Below, piece after piece: positions 1 through 13,748 of a stretch of 64,000 bases of DNA. Made by a program: the position numbers and the translations under genes. The notes below the pieces were generated by a model. The model did no database searches, had not been told where the DNA came from, and worked only from the letters and a program-made list of their open reading frames with translations. Source of the stretch: the human T2T-CHM13v2.0 reference genome, Homo sapiens; NCBI RefSeq assembly GCF_009914755.1, contig NC_060927.1; one strand, written 5' to 3'. Numbering within the stretch: the first letter of the stretch is position 1; every line of letters begins with the position of its first letter.

Positions 1-1319
1 CTCTGTGCTTTTGGCAACCAGAATCAAAACTCTATCTTTCTTTGCTACACTTAACACCCTTTTAACTTCTCCGATCATTCTAACCAGTTCAGCTTCTGTT
101 TTCTCTGTATTGAAAGTGCATGAATCCGTGTCATTGTATCCTGGCCTCTTGACTAAAATTACAAATACAGCATCAAGGCAACACTCCTAACTATTCTGTT
201 GTTGCTTAAATATTACAGAAAAAAATTAAATGGTCTATAGCATTTGACTTTCATCTCTTTTATGTAAATATGTATTTGGTTTATTTAGAAATCTTAAATT
301 AGTTTCTTACAAATATTTTTTGCCCCTCTTCTAACAAATTTAGGATAAGCAATACTTGGTAGTTTTTTGTGTCATGAATTAATGGTATACCAACATAAAT
401 CTTGTAATATTAATTTTATTAAGTAGGAGGTTATGTTCTCAGTCTGTTTTTGTCTAAGAAAACATATAAAATTGTAAATGACTTGCTAGAAAATTAAGAA
501 AAAATGTTTCTGAGTATCCTCACAACTTACAGCTCTTTAAACGTAAAATTAAAATTATTTTCCTCTATTCTCATGTTGCATTTTGCAGAAAAAATTCATA
601 TTAATGCTGATGATAGTCCTTATAAGTGTTACTTTTTAATATAAATATCAGTATTAAAGAGAAAACTGGAGTTCTTAAATAACTTAAAAGGCAAAGTAAG
701 CAGAAAGAGCATTTAAATTAATAGAACTTCTTTAAAATACATTTTTTCTTATGTTCTAAGTTCATTTGCTTTGATATTGTTTATACATTTTTTGTTTGTG
801 AATTTTTGTTGTTATTTGTAATTAAGTTTAAATTTTAAAATCTTGAAATAATTTTTGCCCTTTTATGATATACAGTGTAGTTTCTATGCAGATTATCATT
901 GGAGTCTGCGTTAAATTCAAAATATATTCACACTATTTCTTCAACTGAGTCTTTGATAAGTTTAAGTACACTAAGTTTGTTTTACTAAAAGTGTTAATTT
1001 CTGAATTATAGTAACTTAAAATACACATCGCAGCTCTCTTTTGGAAAACGATTGTGTAATAATTTAAACAATGTAAGAGTTGAACAGTGCAGCACATGCT
1101 TTGCTTATGTGCTGCAAACAGATACAGGTTTCAAATGAGCTTCATTCTTCTGCACAAAAAATGTTTAAAATGTACATGATACTTGCATTTGGCTAAAGAA
1201 ATCATGATGAAACTTCAAGGAAGAAGCATGGACAACTTACTTGCTCATTAGTATAGTGTGTACAAGCAGATGAGATTTTCAATATATACAACTCACTAGA
1301 CAACTACATTTGTTTTTAG

Positions 1320-1502
1320 GTTCAATGGTAAATGGATGGGGCTCTGCATCTGATGAGGATCGTAACTTTTCTAGTCATAGATCTAGTGTAGGTAGCTCCT
1401 CAGATGGCTCTATCTTTGCCAGCGGCAGTTTTGCACAAGCACTGGTGGCAGCAGCAGATAAAGCTGGTTTTAGGCTGGATGGAACCAGCCTTACAAGAAC
1501 AG
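1320..1502 (+). CDS. ROBO2: ROBO2 internal coding exon, cytoplasmic tail ([61 protein letters not shown])
   Basis: Acceptor ttttag at 1314-1319 and donor G|gttggt at 1502/1503; 183 nt, phase 1-1. The peptide matches the ROBO-family GSM.NGWGSAS..SS.DGS.F..FAQA.AAAA segment as I recall it from ROBO2. Confidence 0.97.
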
Positions 1503-3715
1503 GTTGGTAGACTCCAAGTCAACACTCTTTGCATGAGAGAATCTTGTCCTTGGACACTGTCCTCTTTTCTCCTGTTCTTTCTCCTTAGTGAGTCTGACTG
1601 TAGGGCTTTCTTTAATACGCATGAATACAGTTTGGATGCTCCATTACCCAAACTCTCTTCTGATGCTAGTTTTGCAGAGCCAAGAATAGACTCCTCCTCA
1701 ACACTTTCTCTTATTTTCCTTTCTCTTCACGGCTTTACTGATTAATTGGAATATGCTTCCTTTTTATATTACGGCAAAGCAGCAACTAAGATTGCCATTA
1801 AATTTTCAATAACACATTTTGCAAAATCCTCATACAATTAATAATGTACCCAGTGATTAAAATTACTCAGCTTTTATCTCCATTACTTTCCTTTGCCTCA
1901 TCTCTTTCTGCAAATGCATTTTCTGGGAAGGTTTCCTTAGCATGGGGTGAATGGGTCTAAGGTTGTCGGTCTTACCAGTTCAAATAGCTTATGATCTTTT
2001 TAATTGTTTGGCTAGTAAGATTTTAATACAATAATTTATTATTTGTCTTAAAGGATGCTAATTAAAGATACACCCACTGCATTTGCAAGTTGAATAAAAT
2101 AATGACTACATGTGTATTTCTCTTTAGAATAATTTAATTTTGATTTCTGAGAGTGATAAGTAATCATATAAAAGAACAATTATATAATTTTTCAAGTGCT
2201 GCTCATTCCACAAAAAAGAATGTGGGATTAATAATAGATCAGTAATTTGTAAACTTTTGCAACAAAATAACTTAGGCATGATGCGTGCTTTTACATTTGT
2301 ATGTATAATTCTTAACTATACATATAAGAATATTCTAATATATGAATTAAACTGAATTACCTTGCAAAGCAAACTAATAAAACATTAAGTACATTTGCAA
2401 AATCTTAACTGTAATCAAATAGTAAAGAAAAAAGATTTTTACCCTTCACTAAACTCTCAGGTTATAAAAATGAGTCTTGGAAGTTTTCTTGGAATTATAC
2501 CATCAATATTTCTTTTAAGCATACATTAGCTATCTTTAAGTGAAATAAAAAAGATCTTCTAAGCATTGCAGAGGTTTATTTTTCAAATAGCATCCAAACT
2601 AAAATACGTTGTAATAGAACTGTTATTTGAATTGTCTTGCATTATAAGGCATAAGTCTGAAACTTTATGTTGCTTGAGTGCTTTTTGCAGCATTAGCTGT
2701 AAACAGAGCAGTGAGAACGTGCAAGGAAACTAATACATTAGAAGGCACAAGTGCATTTCCTGCATGTATGCTAATAGCTAACACAGCATTAAGTAATATC
2801 ATATCACGTCGTCGTAAGAAAATGTAACTACATATAATAATGTTGTATGAAATGAAAACATACACAGGAGAATAAATGCATGCACATAAACCAGGCCTCT
2901 GTTACTACAATAAACATGGTATTGAAATCATAAGTTGTTGAAAATTTATTAGCTAACCTTTTCCCAGAATAAATTTCCCCGTATACCTACTCTAAACCAC
3001 AAGAAAAGGACACAGCACATATCATTTTTCAATGAGAATTTGGAGCCTGCTCAGATACAATAATATTAATCAGAAAATACCTATTGCATGCTGGATATAC
3101 AAGGTGATTTTAACCTGCTATCCTCTACACAGATGTTGTTGAGTTTCTGCCAAAAGAGATAGAATTCATTGTGTATGTGGATAAGTGGTAAGGTCAATTT
3201 AATATATGTGTCTGAGCAGACCTTTCATGTAAAATTTCAGATGTAATTACTATATGACATTTTTCTGTGTTCAGAGAGATTTTGTAAGTTTCCAAGGATG
3301 AAATTTTATTAAACAAATACAACAGTATATACTTCATAAATAGCTTCTTTAATTTTAAGAAATAAAAACTGCATGAATTTGCATATATCTTTGACAATAT
3401 CAATAATATTGTCAAGGTTAAATAAAAGTATAATCATGCAATATTGAGTTGTGGATTGGTGGATCTGTTTTATGTTCATTTGTTTGATTTTGAGGGGGCC
3501 AGTGGGGGTGTTGTTAGCTTATTAAAAATTGAACAAAATATGTGCAGCTGAGAATGTAGAAAATACATTTTTCTACAGAGATGCACCAATATTTGGTATC
3601 TTCATATGTTATCTCTAGGTAGATTTACAGGTTAGTCATAGTGCAGAAATATAGGACAGAATCAGTGTGCTATAATGTCATTCTCTAGAACCCATTCCCT
3701 TTATTTTCATTTTAG

Positions 3716-3889
3716 GAAAAGCCTTTACCTCCTCTCAAAGACCTCGACCTACCAGCCCATTTTCTACTGACAGTAACACCAGTGCAGCCCTGAGTCAAAG
3801 TCAGAGGCCTCGGCCCACTAAAAAACACAAGGGAGGGCGGATGGACCAACAACCAGCATTGCCTCATCGAAGGGAAGGAATGACAGATG
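3716..3889 (+). CDS. ROBO2: ROBO2 internal coding exon (GKAFTSSQRPRPTSPFSTDSNTSAALSQSQRPRPTKKHKGGRMDQQPALPHRREGMTD)
   Basis: Polypyrimidine tract plus ttttag ending at 3715; donor G|gtaggt at 3889/3890; 174 nt, open and in frame with the previous exon. Not in the ORF track; translated by hand. Confidence 0.96.
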
Positions 3890-4352
3890 GTAGGTTTCTT
3901 CCCTTTACTCTTGTTTCCTCGCTGAAGAGACGTGCTCCATGCAATCATTTACTTAGATTAATGTAGTCATGGTAGATTAGCCATTGCTTCATTACATAAC
4001 AAGACAAAAACCTGGCAATATGGCCTTGTTTAAATAAAACACCATTTTTAAAAACAATCTAGAATTATTTCTATATTATTAAGCCTCAAGAAATACATTC
4101 CATGCAATTTTTTGAGGTTGATTTTTTTTTTTTTGCCATTCTGGCATATTTCATAAATGCTTTTTAGTGAGCATTTAAGAGTAGGGAAGAACATAAGCTG
4201 CATGTGCACTTATATGATCAGAACTTTTATCATATTAAATTACAATATCTTAGCTGCTATTTCACTTTTGGAAAAAAAGACTTTTGAAATGATTTAGTAA
4301 TTTTTTAGTCACAAATTTCAGAGCCAAAATCAGGCTACAGTAGTTGAAGAGT

Positions 4353-5025
4353 GTCTTAGTCTGTCTGGGCTGCTATAAAAAAATAGAGTCATGCATTGTA
4401 TGACAATGTTTCAGTCAATGACAGACTGCATATAAGACAGTGGTGCCATAAGGATGTCATACTGTATTTATGTTGTACCTTTTTTGTTTAAATATGCAAA
4501 TATTTACCATTGTGTTATAACTGCCTATAACATTCGGTACAGAAACACGCTGCACAGATTTTTACCCCAGATCAATGGTATGTAGTCAGCTATACCATCT
4601 ATGTTCGTGTAAATATACTACGTGACACTTGCATAACAACGAAATCACCTAACACCACATTTCTCAGAACTTATCTCCATCATTAAGTGACATGTGACTG
4701 TACCATAAGCTGGTAGATTCCAAACAACATAAATTTTCTCCACAAATCTGGACTCTGCAAAGTCCAAGATCAAGGCATTGGCAGATTTGGTGTCTGGTGA
4801 GGACCCACTTTCTGGTTCATAGAGGGTGCCTTTTCATTGTATGATCACATAGCGGAAGGGACAAGGTTCTCTCTGGGGTGTGTTTTATAGGGTGCTCATC
4901 CCTTCATGAGGACTCCACCCTCATCATCGAATCACCTGCCAAAGGCCCCACCTCCCAATATCATCACATTGGGGATTAGGATTTTAACGTTGAATTTTGG
5001 GGGTACACAAACATCCAGACTCTAG
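4353..5025 (-). mobile_element. MLT1A-type MaLR LTR, interrupted by a Tigger3-type element
   Basis: Begins tgtcttagtctgtctgggctgctataa, continues ccataagctggtag...caagatcaaggcattggcagatttggtgtctggtgagg and ends ttttgggggtacacaaacatccagac. Confidence 0.75.
4386..4700 (-). mobile_element. Tigger3a/MER7A-like TcMar-Tigger DNA transposon
   Basis: Degenerate TIRs (gagtcatgc...catgtgactg) flanked by TA at 4384-4385 and 4701-4702. Confidence 0.75.
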
Positions 5026-5029
5026 AAAA

Positions 5030-5565
5030 GGGTCAGCAAACTTCTTCTATTAAAGTCTAGATAGTAAATATCTTTGGCTTTTGGGACATAGGGTCTCTGT
5101 CACAACTACTCAACACTGCCATTGTTGTATGACTGCAGCTATAAGAAAAGTAGAATAGGCCAAGCACGGTGGCTCAGGCCTGTAATCCCAGCACTGTAGG
5201 AGGCTGAGGCGGGCAGATCACAGGGTCAGAAGATCAAAACCATCCTGGTCAACATGGTGAAACCCCCTCTCTACTAAAAGTACAAAAATTAGCTGGGCGT
5301 GGTTGCACGTGCCTGTAATCCCAGCTACTGAGGAGGCTGAGGCAGGAGAATTGCTTGAACCAGGGAGTCAGAGGTTGCGGTGAGCTGAGATCACACCACT
5401 GCACTCCAGCCTGGGCAACAGAGCAAGACTCCTTCTTAAAAAAAAAAAGAAAAGGAAGAAGGAAAATAAAAGTAGAATGATGGAAATGATTGACTTCCAA
5501 TAAAACATCATTCACAAAATGGGCAGTGGCTGGATTTGGCCCATGGGCCATAGTTTGCTGATCTA
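5030..5565. mobile_element. MER58A-like hAT-Charlie element split by an Alu
   Basis: Termini gggtcagcaaac... and ...ggatttggcccatgggccatagtttgctga. Confidence 0.65.
5158..5467 (+). mobile_element. Alu (AluSc-like)
   Basis: Full dimeric Alu with A-rich tail; TSD aaaagtagaat on both sides. Confidence 0.93.
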
Positions 5566-5924
5566 GCTCAATATTTTTATTTATATATAGCATCCAACAT
5601 TTGAATACTTGCTTAAACACTGTTAGTTTCAGGAAACACAATATTACTGGAAGATATCCATGTTCGATAATGAGTATTTCATTAGCTTTACAGAATATAG
5701 TCTATTTCCCGTATTTTTAATTTAATTCTTATAACTTTTAAAGAATGAATTAAAATATGTATCCTGAAGTTATATTCTAAGGATATGTAACACATATTTA
5801 AAGTGTGTAGTACAATGTCAGATTGAAAGGTGAATTTCTTTTTCCTTTTCAGCACTGTACCCTATAAGCACACAAACATTATCCTAACATAGTTCAATTA
5901 AACACCAAAAGGATAAACTTTTAA

Positions 5925-6060
5925 AAACTGCACATTAGAACCATCTGGAAAGCTCTTAAAATATACCCTAGATATTCAGATTTAATTATTCTGGGGTGAA
6001 ACCCAGTTACAGGTAATTTTAAAGCTCCACAAGTGAATCTAAAGTATAACTACCTTAGAG
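5925..6060. mobile_element. MER5-like DNA transposon fragment
   Basis: ctgcacattagaaccatctggaaagct...gatttaattattctggggtg...aaagctccacaagtgaatct resembles the MER5 consensus. Confidence 0.5.
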
Positions 6061-7664
6061 AAGCTATGACTTAGTCCTTAGCACACTTACACTTATCATT
6101 ATAGGACAGAATGAAGCTTAGTTGAAAAAGAAGAAAAGCATTGGTTTTTTATTAGTTTGGGGAAGGGAGTATCCAATCCTGCAGCCCTATTTGTGCTTTC
6201 TTTTGTCATCTTGCAAAGGTAAGAGGACTTAAAAAGCCAAATATATTGTTCTACATACTTTCCGGTTTACTTATCTTTCCTGCTTCCTTTGTTTTCAATA
6301 GAATATGAAGGTTAAGGGTAGAATTGAGATTTTTGAGTCTCTATAAATGTGTATCCTGTGGTGAGTAAAAATGGTCACCACTGCCTTTCTGCCTTATATG
6401 TTCAGAAGATTAGCTGAGCATTTAAAACTATTCGTAGTGTTCATCTAATTCTTCGTAAATAAAAAAGGACTACTTTCACTGAATTGCTAGGTATAAATCT
6501 AGTAATTGATAATTTTGTATATTTTTTCTGTTGTGAATATTGTGGAGAGAGAAAAATGTCTAGGTATAGAATTTTCTGTGGTTTTTCAGAAATGTTTGAA
6601 GATAATATTCAGAATATGTGGAAGATATAAAATATAAATCAACAAAATACAGATCTCTTTTTTTCTAAGACACTTTTATTGCAAGCTTTTTTAGAATGTT
6701 TCCTTAAAGCAAGCTACCTCCTAGTTTAAAGTATGATCAATATATTGCTTATCTTTCTAAAAAATAAATGTTTCTAAATTTTCAAAATTGCCAGCATTTC
6801 AAAAAGGGGTTATGGATTATGTGTTATTAGAAAATGATACATTTTAGAAGTAGTGATATAGCAAAGGAAATTTCAGCCCACATATCTTCCCAAGTGCTTA
6901 ATCCAAAGCCATTTTAATTATGATACAGTGCAAAGACATTTATTTTGGATGGTGCTCTACAGGTTATCCTTAAGAACATTGTTATTTTGCAGCAAATGCA
7001 TATGCCATAGCATTTATATGGTATGGATCCATATGTCAGAAATAATTTCATAACTTTTTATGTAAAAATCAAGTTGTTCTTTTTGGGAAGGCTGATACTT
7101 ATCAGCATTGATTGTACAGACATTTTACAATAAACCTTTTGCATTATAGATTTTACAACAGTGTTTGCTGTTTTCTAAGCAGTATTGTAAAGATGTAGGC
7201 CTTTTTAGCACTGGGATACCATCATTTCTGGATCAGACCTTTATGGTTTCTGAGGGGAAGACAGAACATGAGTGGTTGTTGGGAGGTTGTAATGGCAAGT
7301 GGCACACATCACTTCTATTTCATTGAAAACAACTCTGCCACGTGGTGTCAAACTAACTACTGGGGTGAGAAAGCTGCCTTCCCTGTGTCCCATAAGAGAG
7401 ATTATGAATGGTGGGAAATGTCAGTCTGTATCCCAAAGACTGAAAAACCCACACACATCTTAAAGAGTGTTCTTCTCCCTTTTGTAAAGTTTCTCCAAAG
7501 CAGGCATTGCTGAGTCCAAATCTTGTATTCCATTTGTCTTATAAATCAAAGAATACCCTTGGAAGCCAATATATTAACCAATGCTAAAAAAGATAGATCT
7601 GTCTATCCATCAACCTGTTTCTCCTAGATAATTTATTTCCAGCCTATTCTCCCTTTCACCTAGC

Positions 7665-7975
<311 letters not shown>

Positions 7976-8074
7976 CCTTTCCCCTAGTTCTTAATGTCCT
8001 GTTCAGAGAAGGGGCTCTTTCTCAGCTCTGCCACATACTAGCTTTGGCCTTTGAGCAAATAAATTTACATATTA

Positions 8075-9400
<1,326 letters not shown>

Positions 9401-11514
9401 TTTTAATTACTTTGTGCCTTCATTTTCTTGTCTAAAAACAGAAGGTAATAATGGCACCTATCTCATTGGACTGTTGTGTGCCTGAAAAGAGCTAATCCTC
9501 GGTAGGCCAGTAAGAGACTTTATAGTGAATTGATTTAGTGGAAATGAATCAACATAGAAATGAATAATAAATTTAATTTAAGTAAATGTATTTGATTACA
9601 TACTTTTATTTTTCAAAAAACCATTCTTAATCCCATGTCTTTTTCCAATTAGTTTATTTCAGTGTGCATGTAATGTCCTTTCTTAAAATATACAAACTCC
9701 AAGGATATTACTTATGAAGCTATATAATTTTAGGTTAAATTAAATAATAATCAGAATTTTAGCTGCATAAGCAGATGCCGTTTTGGCCATTTTAAAAATT
9801 AAGCTGCTCTGATGCAGAATAAAAATCAATGACAAGATAAGTTATTTTGGAAGAAAATACAATAATTTCTCCTCACTGGCAGTCTAAGTTCAATCAATCA
9901 AATGAAATAATTAATTTGCATTTATAATAACATATAGTGAAGGAAGTCAGTACTATCGAATATAAAGGAAACACCAAACTCATTGGATTATCCAACAAAC
10001 AGATATCTCAATATTGGATTAGCTCTTCATTTTGGAAAAATATTCCAAATGCAACTTTATCCTCCGAAACAGAGACCCTGTTCCCTTCAGTTATTAGCAA
10101 TTCATAATTTAACATGAGGACATACGTAAGAACTGGCAATGCTGCTCCAACTTAGGAACTCAGAGGAGATGCTCCAGAGACCAACATTATCAGTCCAATG
10201 CAGATTAGTATCACTTTGCTCATAAAAGAGAGTATAAAGGTTCTTGAAGTTTTTGAAAGGAGCGGCTTAGCTGACTGTTAAGGAAGCTATCTTTTGTCTA
10301 CAAGAAATTTATACTTTTTCCTTCTAAATTTCACAAACAGAATATTATTAGAGACAACAGAATACATTTACAAAAATGGCATCAGAAATAATTGAATACA
10401 TTGTGTACAATATCTTCTATTAATGAAATAAATGTATATTTTATATGATATTTGGTCTTTATGAAAAAATAATATAATTACCAATATTCTAAGGATGAAC
10501 AAAGAAGTTTACAATAGCATGCAAGAAAAATGAGAAGAAAATGATACAAATTGATGTTCAGAAGATTTCAAAATCTTCAGCAAAGTAATTTCAGAACTAA
10601 TACATACTTAAAAGAGAAAGAAAGAACTGTGATTTCACAGTCGAAGGCATACAAAATATAAAGGTATTATGATCTGAAGAGTTAATAAAAGAGAGATGAA
10701 AAGGGAGTTGATATTGGAACCTTAAATTTTTTCCTATCTGATATTTACTTTAAAGAGCTTTTCTGAAAAATTATCTCTTCTACTCTATCTCAAATTTCTG
10801 TGAGGCATTGTCTTCTCTAGCACCATAAAACACATTCAGTCTTTACTCTGAACATTGGTTATTACTTATTAAAATTAATACATCGGAAGATTGTAATATA
10901 TTAGTTGTAACTCATTAGCTAACTCATGAAACGAACAGCCAGAATTGGTTGTCAAGCAGAATATTAATTGCATTTAATAAATGTTAGTTTAATGTTGTTA
11001 AATGTGCCACATACATGGGTAAAGGCAGTCATATGTTGCATATGACACGGCATACAGTTCTAAATTTCCCGAGGGTGACATTCCCTTTGGAGATTGGCAG
11101 GAGAGCTTTTGTTCTTGGGGCCTTTTGTTAGTACAGCTTCAGGAATTTCTAGTGATCTTATTTTGTGTCATGGTATTTCTACTTTGGGGAAGGAGGGTTG
11201 GACAATGGATGGAATATAAACAATGAACTGCCCTTTACACCTTGAATGATAGCCTCAATATGTAACTGAAAACACTTTCCACATTTAACTGTTGAATAAA
11301 ACTAGTCAATTTTGTTTCAATGATGCTATGGCCAAAAGACAGCAGAGAGAGCAATAATATGAGCTTTGGAAATAAATAATTGACTTTTATTTTCCCCAAA
11401 TTTTTTTTGTATGGGTAATACCTGTATAAGGGCAAAGATTTTCTTCAACTTGAACTAAAACCTGTATTTTTCATTAAATTTTAGTCCATTCTAAACATTA
11501 TTCAAAATTTTTAG

Positions 11515-11787
11515 ATCTTCCACCACCACCAGATCCCCCGCCAGGTCAGGGTTTAAGGCAGCAAATAGGCCCGAGCCAGCAGGCTGGTAACGTGGAAAAC
11601 TCAGCAGAGAGAAAAGGAAGCTCTCTAGAGAGACAACATGCATCCAGCTTAGAAGACACAAAGAGCTCATTGGATTGTCCAGCTAGAACCTCCCTAGAGT
11701 GGCAGCGACAAACCCAGGAATGGATAAGCTCCACAGAACGACAAGAAGATATACGGAAAGCCCCACACAAACAAGGTGTCGGATCAG
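11515..11787 (+). CDS. ROBO2: ROBO2 alternative (cassette) exon encoding CC3-type motif DLPPPPDPPP...KAPHKQGVGS
   Basis: Weak acceptor aaatttttag ending at 11514; donor CAG|gtgtgt at 11787/11788; 273 nt, phase 1-1, no stops. LPPPPDPPP resembles the ROBO1 CC3 motif LPPPPVPPP. Confidence 0.9.
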
Positions 11788-13547
11788 GTGTGTTCTGCAC
11801 AGTCCCAAGAAAGTGTGGACTGTTACCATTTCTTTTCCTACCAGGTATTCTAGAAATGGCAGTTGTTTAAGGGCATCTGAAAAACATTTGCCTTCAATCG
11901 TAATGGAATTTGGAATTCCTTAGGAGATTTTACCAGTACATGCCTTAAGGCTGATTCCAACGGGCATTGCTCCTCAGTCAGCCTCTCCACAGGGTCTTTG
12001 ATCCCAAGAGACTTCCAGGCTTCATCTAAACGGCTCAGTAGAAAATTTTATTTTTTGGCCTATTAATGTTTATATTGAGTACTTTAAAGATCGCTAAATT
12101 TAATCTTTTCTGTCAGTTTAATCTCTGCCTTCAGCAAGTTTGTTCATTTTGGCTGAAATAACCAGTCATTCGAAAGGAGAACTCACATCAAATATGTGAA
12201 TTCATTAAAATTACAAAGTTGCAGAAAAATGCCCAATCACAGATCCTCAAATTAGATAAGGTTATACTGGGCTTGCACTTTCTCCAACTGTTAATCAGTT
12301 GATTGATTTAGTTGGTTGTTAATCTGTCTATGGGAAATGCTCTTTTTTATAAATCAAGCTTCCTGGAAATGTCACAGAAATAAATTTCATTGTTTGTAGT
12401 TAGATTTTTTTGGGGGGAGAGGTGTGGCGCGGGAGGTGGGGAGCCTGCTTTATAAACGCATTTTCTGAGACATCTCATGTCAGGATTCATTGAGTACTGA
12501 AACACACACATACACATACACACAATCTTTGAAAAAATGTCTTTTCACTTATTCATTTGGACTTAATGTGTTGTAGATAGGCCTCTCCATGCATTTCCCA
12601 TAACTACATTTTGTCACAACTTGGTGCTCAAGTTTTTGGAAAATGTCATTTGTGCAAGGGCCAGTAGATGACAATTTTAATATCTAGGTTTAGTGAAACA
12701 TTTAGAAAGGTTACACCATTCAGGCTGTGAGAGAAAAATCATGTGGTTCTTGTCATTGAAGACTATGTAAGGGGAGAAATAGTAAATTCAGTGAGCATTA
12801 ATCACAAAATAATAGCCCATACATAGAAAGAACGTGAAAGACAGAGGGGATGGGGTGTGGAGAGGGAGCAATGAGAATAGAGAGGGAAAGAAAAAACAAT
12901 TTTTGAACTATTGAGTGATTATTTGTAACATATGTCATGAGTTATTTGTAGAGAGACAATCTGTAAAAAAAAAAAATTAGCATATTATTTATTTAAATGT
13001 GTGAGTTTCTCTTTTACTTTTAAGGAAATACATAGCCCTTTAAATAATGTATTTCTGTCTCAAAAAGCAACATAAATTTTAAAAGCTTATTTAACTAATA
13101 TATAGTTCTTTATCTAAATCAATTGAGAAAATGTTGCCATAATTTAAGCTGAAACAAAAAACATGTTTCTTTAATCTTAATGGGAAAATTAAATTGGAGC
13201 CTCATTGAACTTTAGAAATTATTCTCAGATATGCTTTTGTTAAACTGTAGTTCATTGTATGCAGCTCTCTTTTATAATGAATTTAAATTTTGCAAATAAT
13301 ATATAACATTGTGTACTTATCCCAAGATCTCTTTTAATTTAATTCTGCTTTGGTTCCTATTGTAGGAAATGTTGCTTGCACATAGAAATTTCTTTAATAT
13401 CCGGTCCTGATTAAACTTCATAATTTTAATTTTATTAAAGAATGAAATGGTAAAGTAGGCCATTCACAGTGTTATATTCAAGAGTTAAGTTTAGTTTGCC
13501 TCCATGTTTCTGTTCAATTTAGCCTTTGGGTTTTTTTTCTTTTTCAG

Positions 13548-13748
13548 AGGAGGCCTTGGTGCCCTATAGCAAGCCCAGTTTCCCATCTCCAGGTGGCCAC
13601 AGCTCATCAGGAACAGCTTCTTCTAAGGGATCCACTGGACCTAGGAAAACCGAGGTGTTGAGAGCAGGCCACCAGCGCAATGCCAGCGACCTTCTTGACA
13701 TAGGATATATGGGCTCCAACAGTCAAGGACAGTTTACAGGTGAATTAT
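13548..13748 (+). CDS. ROBO2: ROBO2 penultimate exon (EEALVPYSKPSFPSPGGHSSSGTASSKGSTG...NSQGQFT[GEL]) with two donors (13739 and 13748)
   Basis: Strong acceptor ttttttttctttttcag ending at 13547. Donors ACAG|gtgaat (13739/13740) and TTAT|gtaagt (13748/13749) give 192 or 201 nt. Overlaps ORF 13526..13804. Confidence 0.96.

Noticed and set aside
1404-1745. 113-aa + strand ORF overlapping the ROBO2 exon
   Set aside because: It is an alternative-frame overlap of a real exon running into intron; nothing supports independent translation.
12411-12445. G-rich intronic patch as a G-quadruplex
   Set aside because: Only three runs of three or more G; not a canonical G4, and there is no other support.
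13736-13748. C-terminal TGEL as a class I PDZ-binding motif
   Set aside because: Position -2 is Gly rather than Ser/Thr, so it does not fit the consensus.
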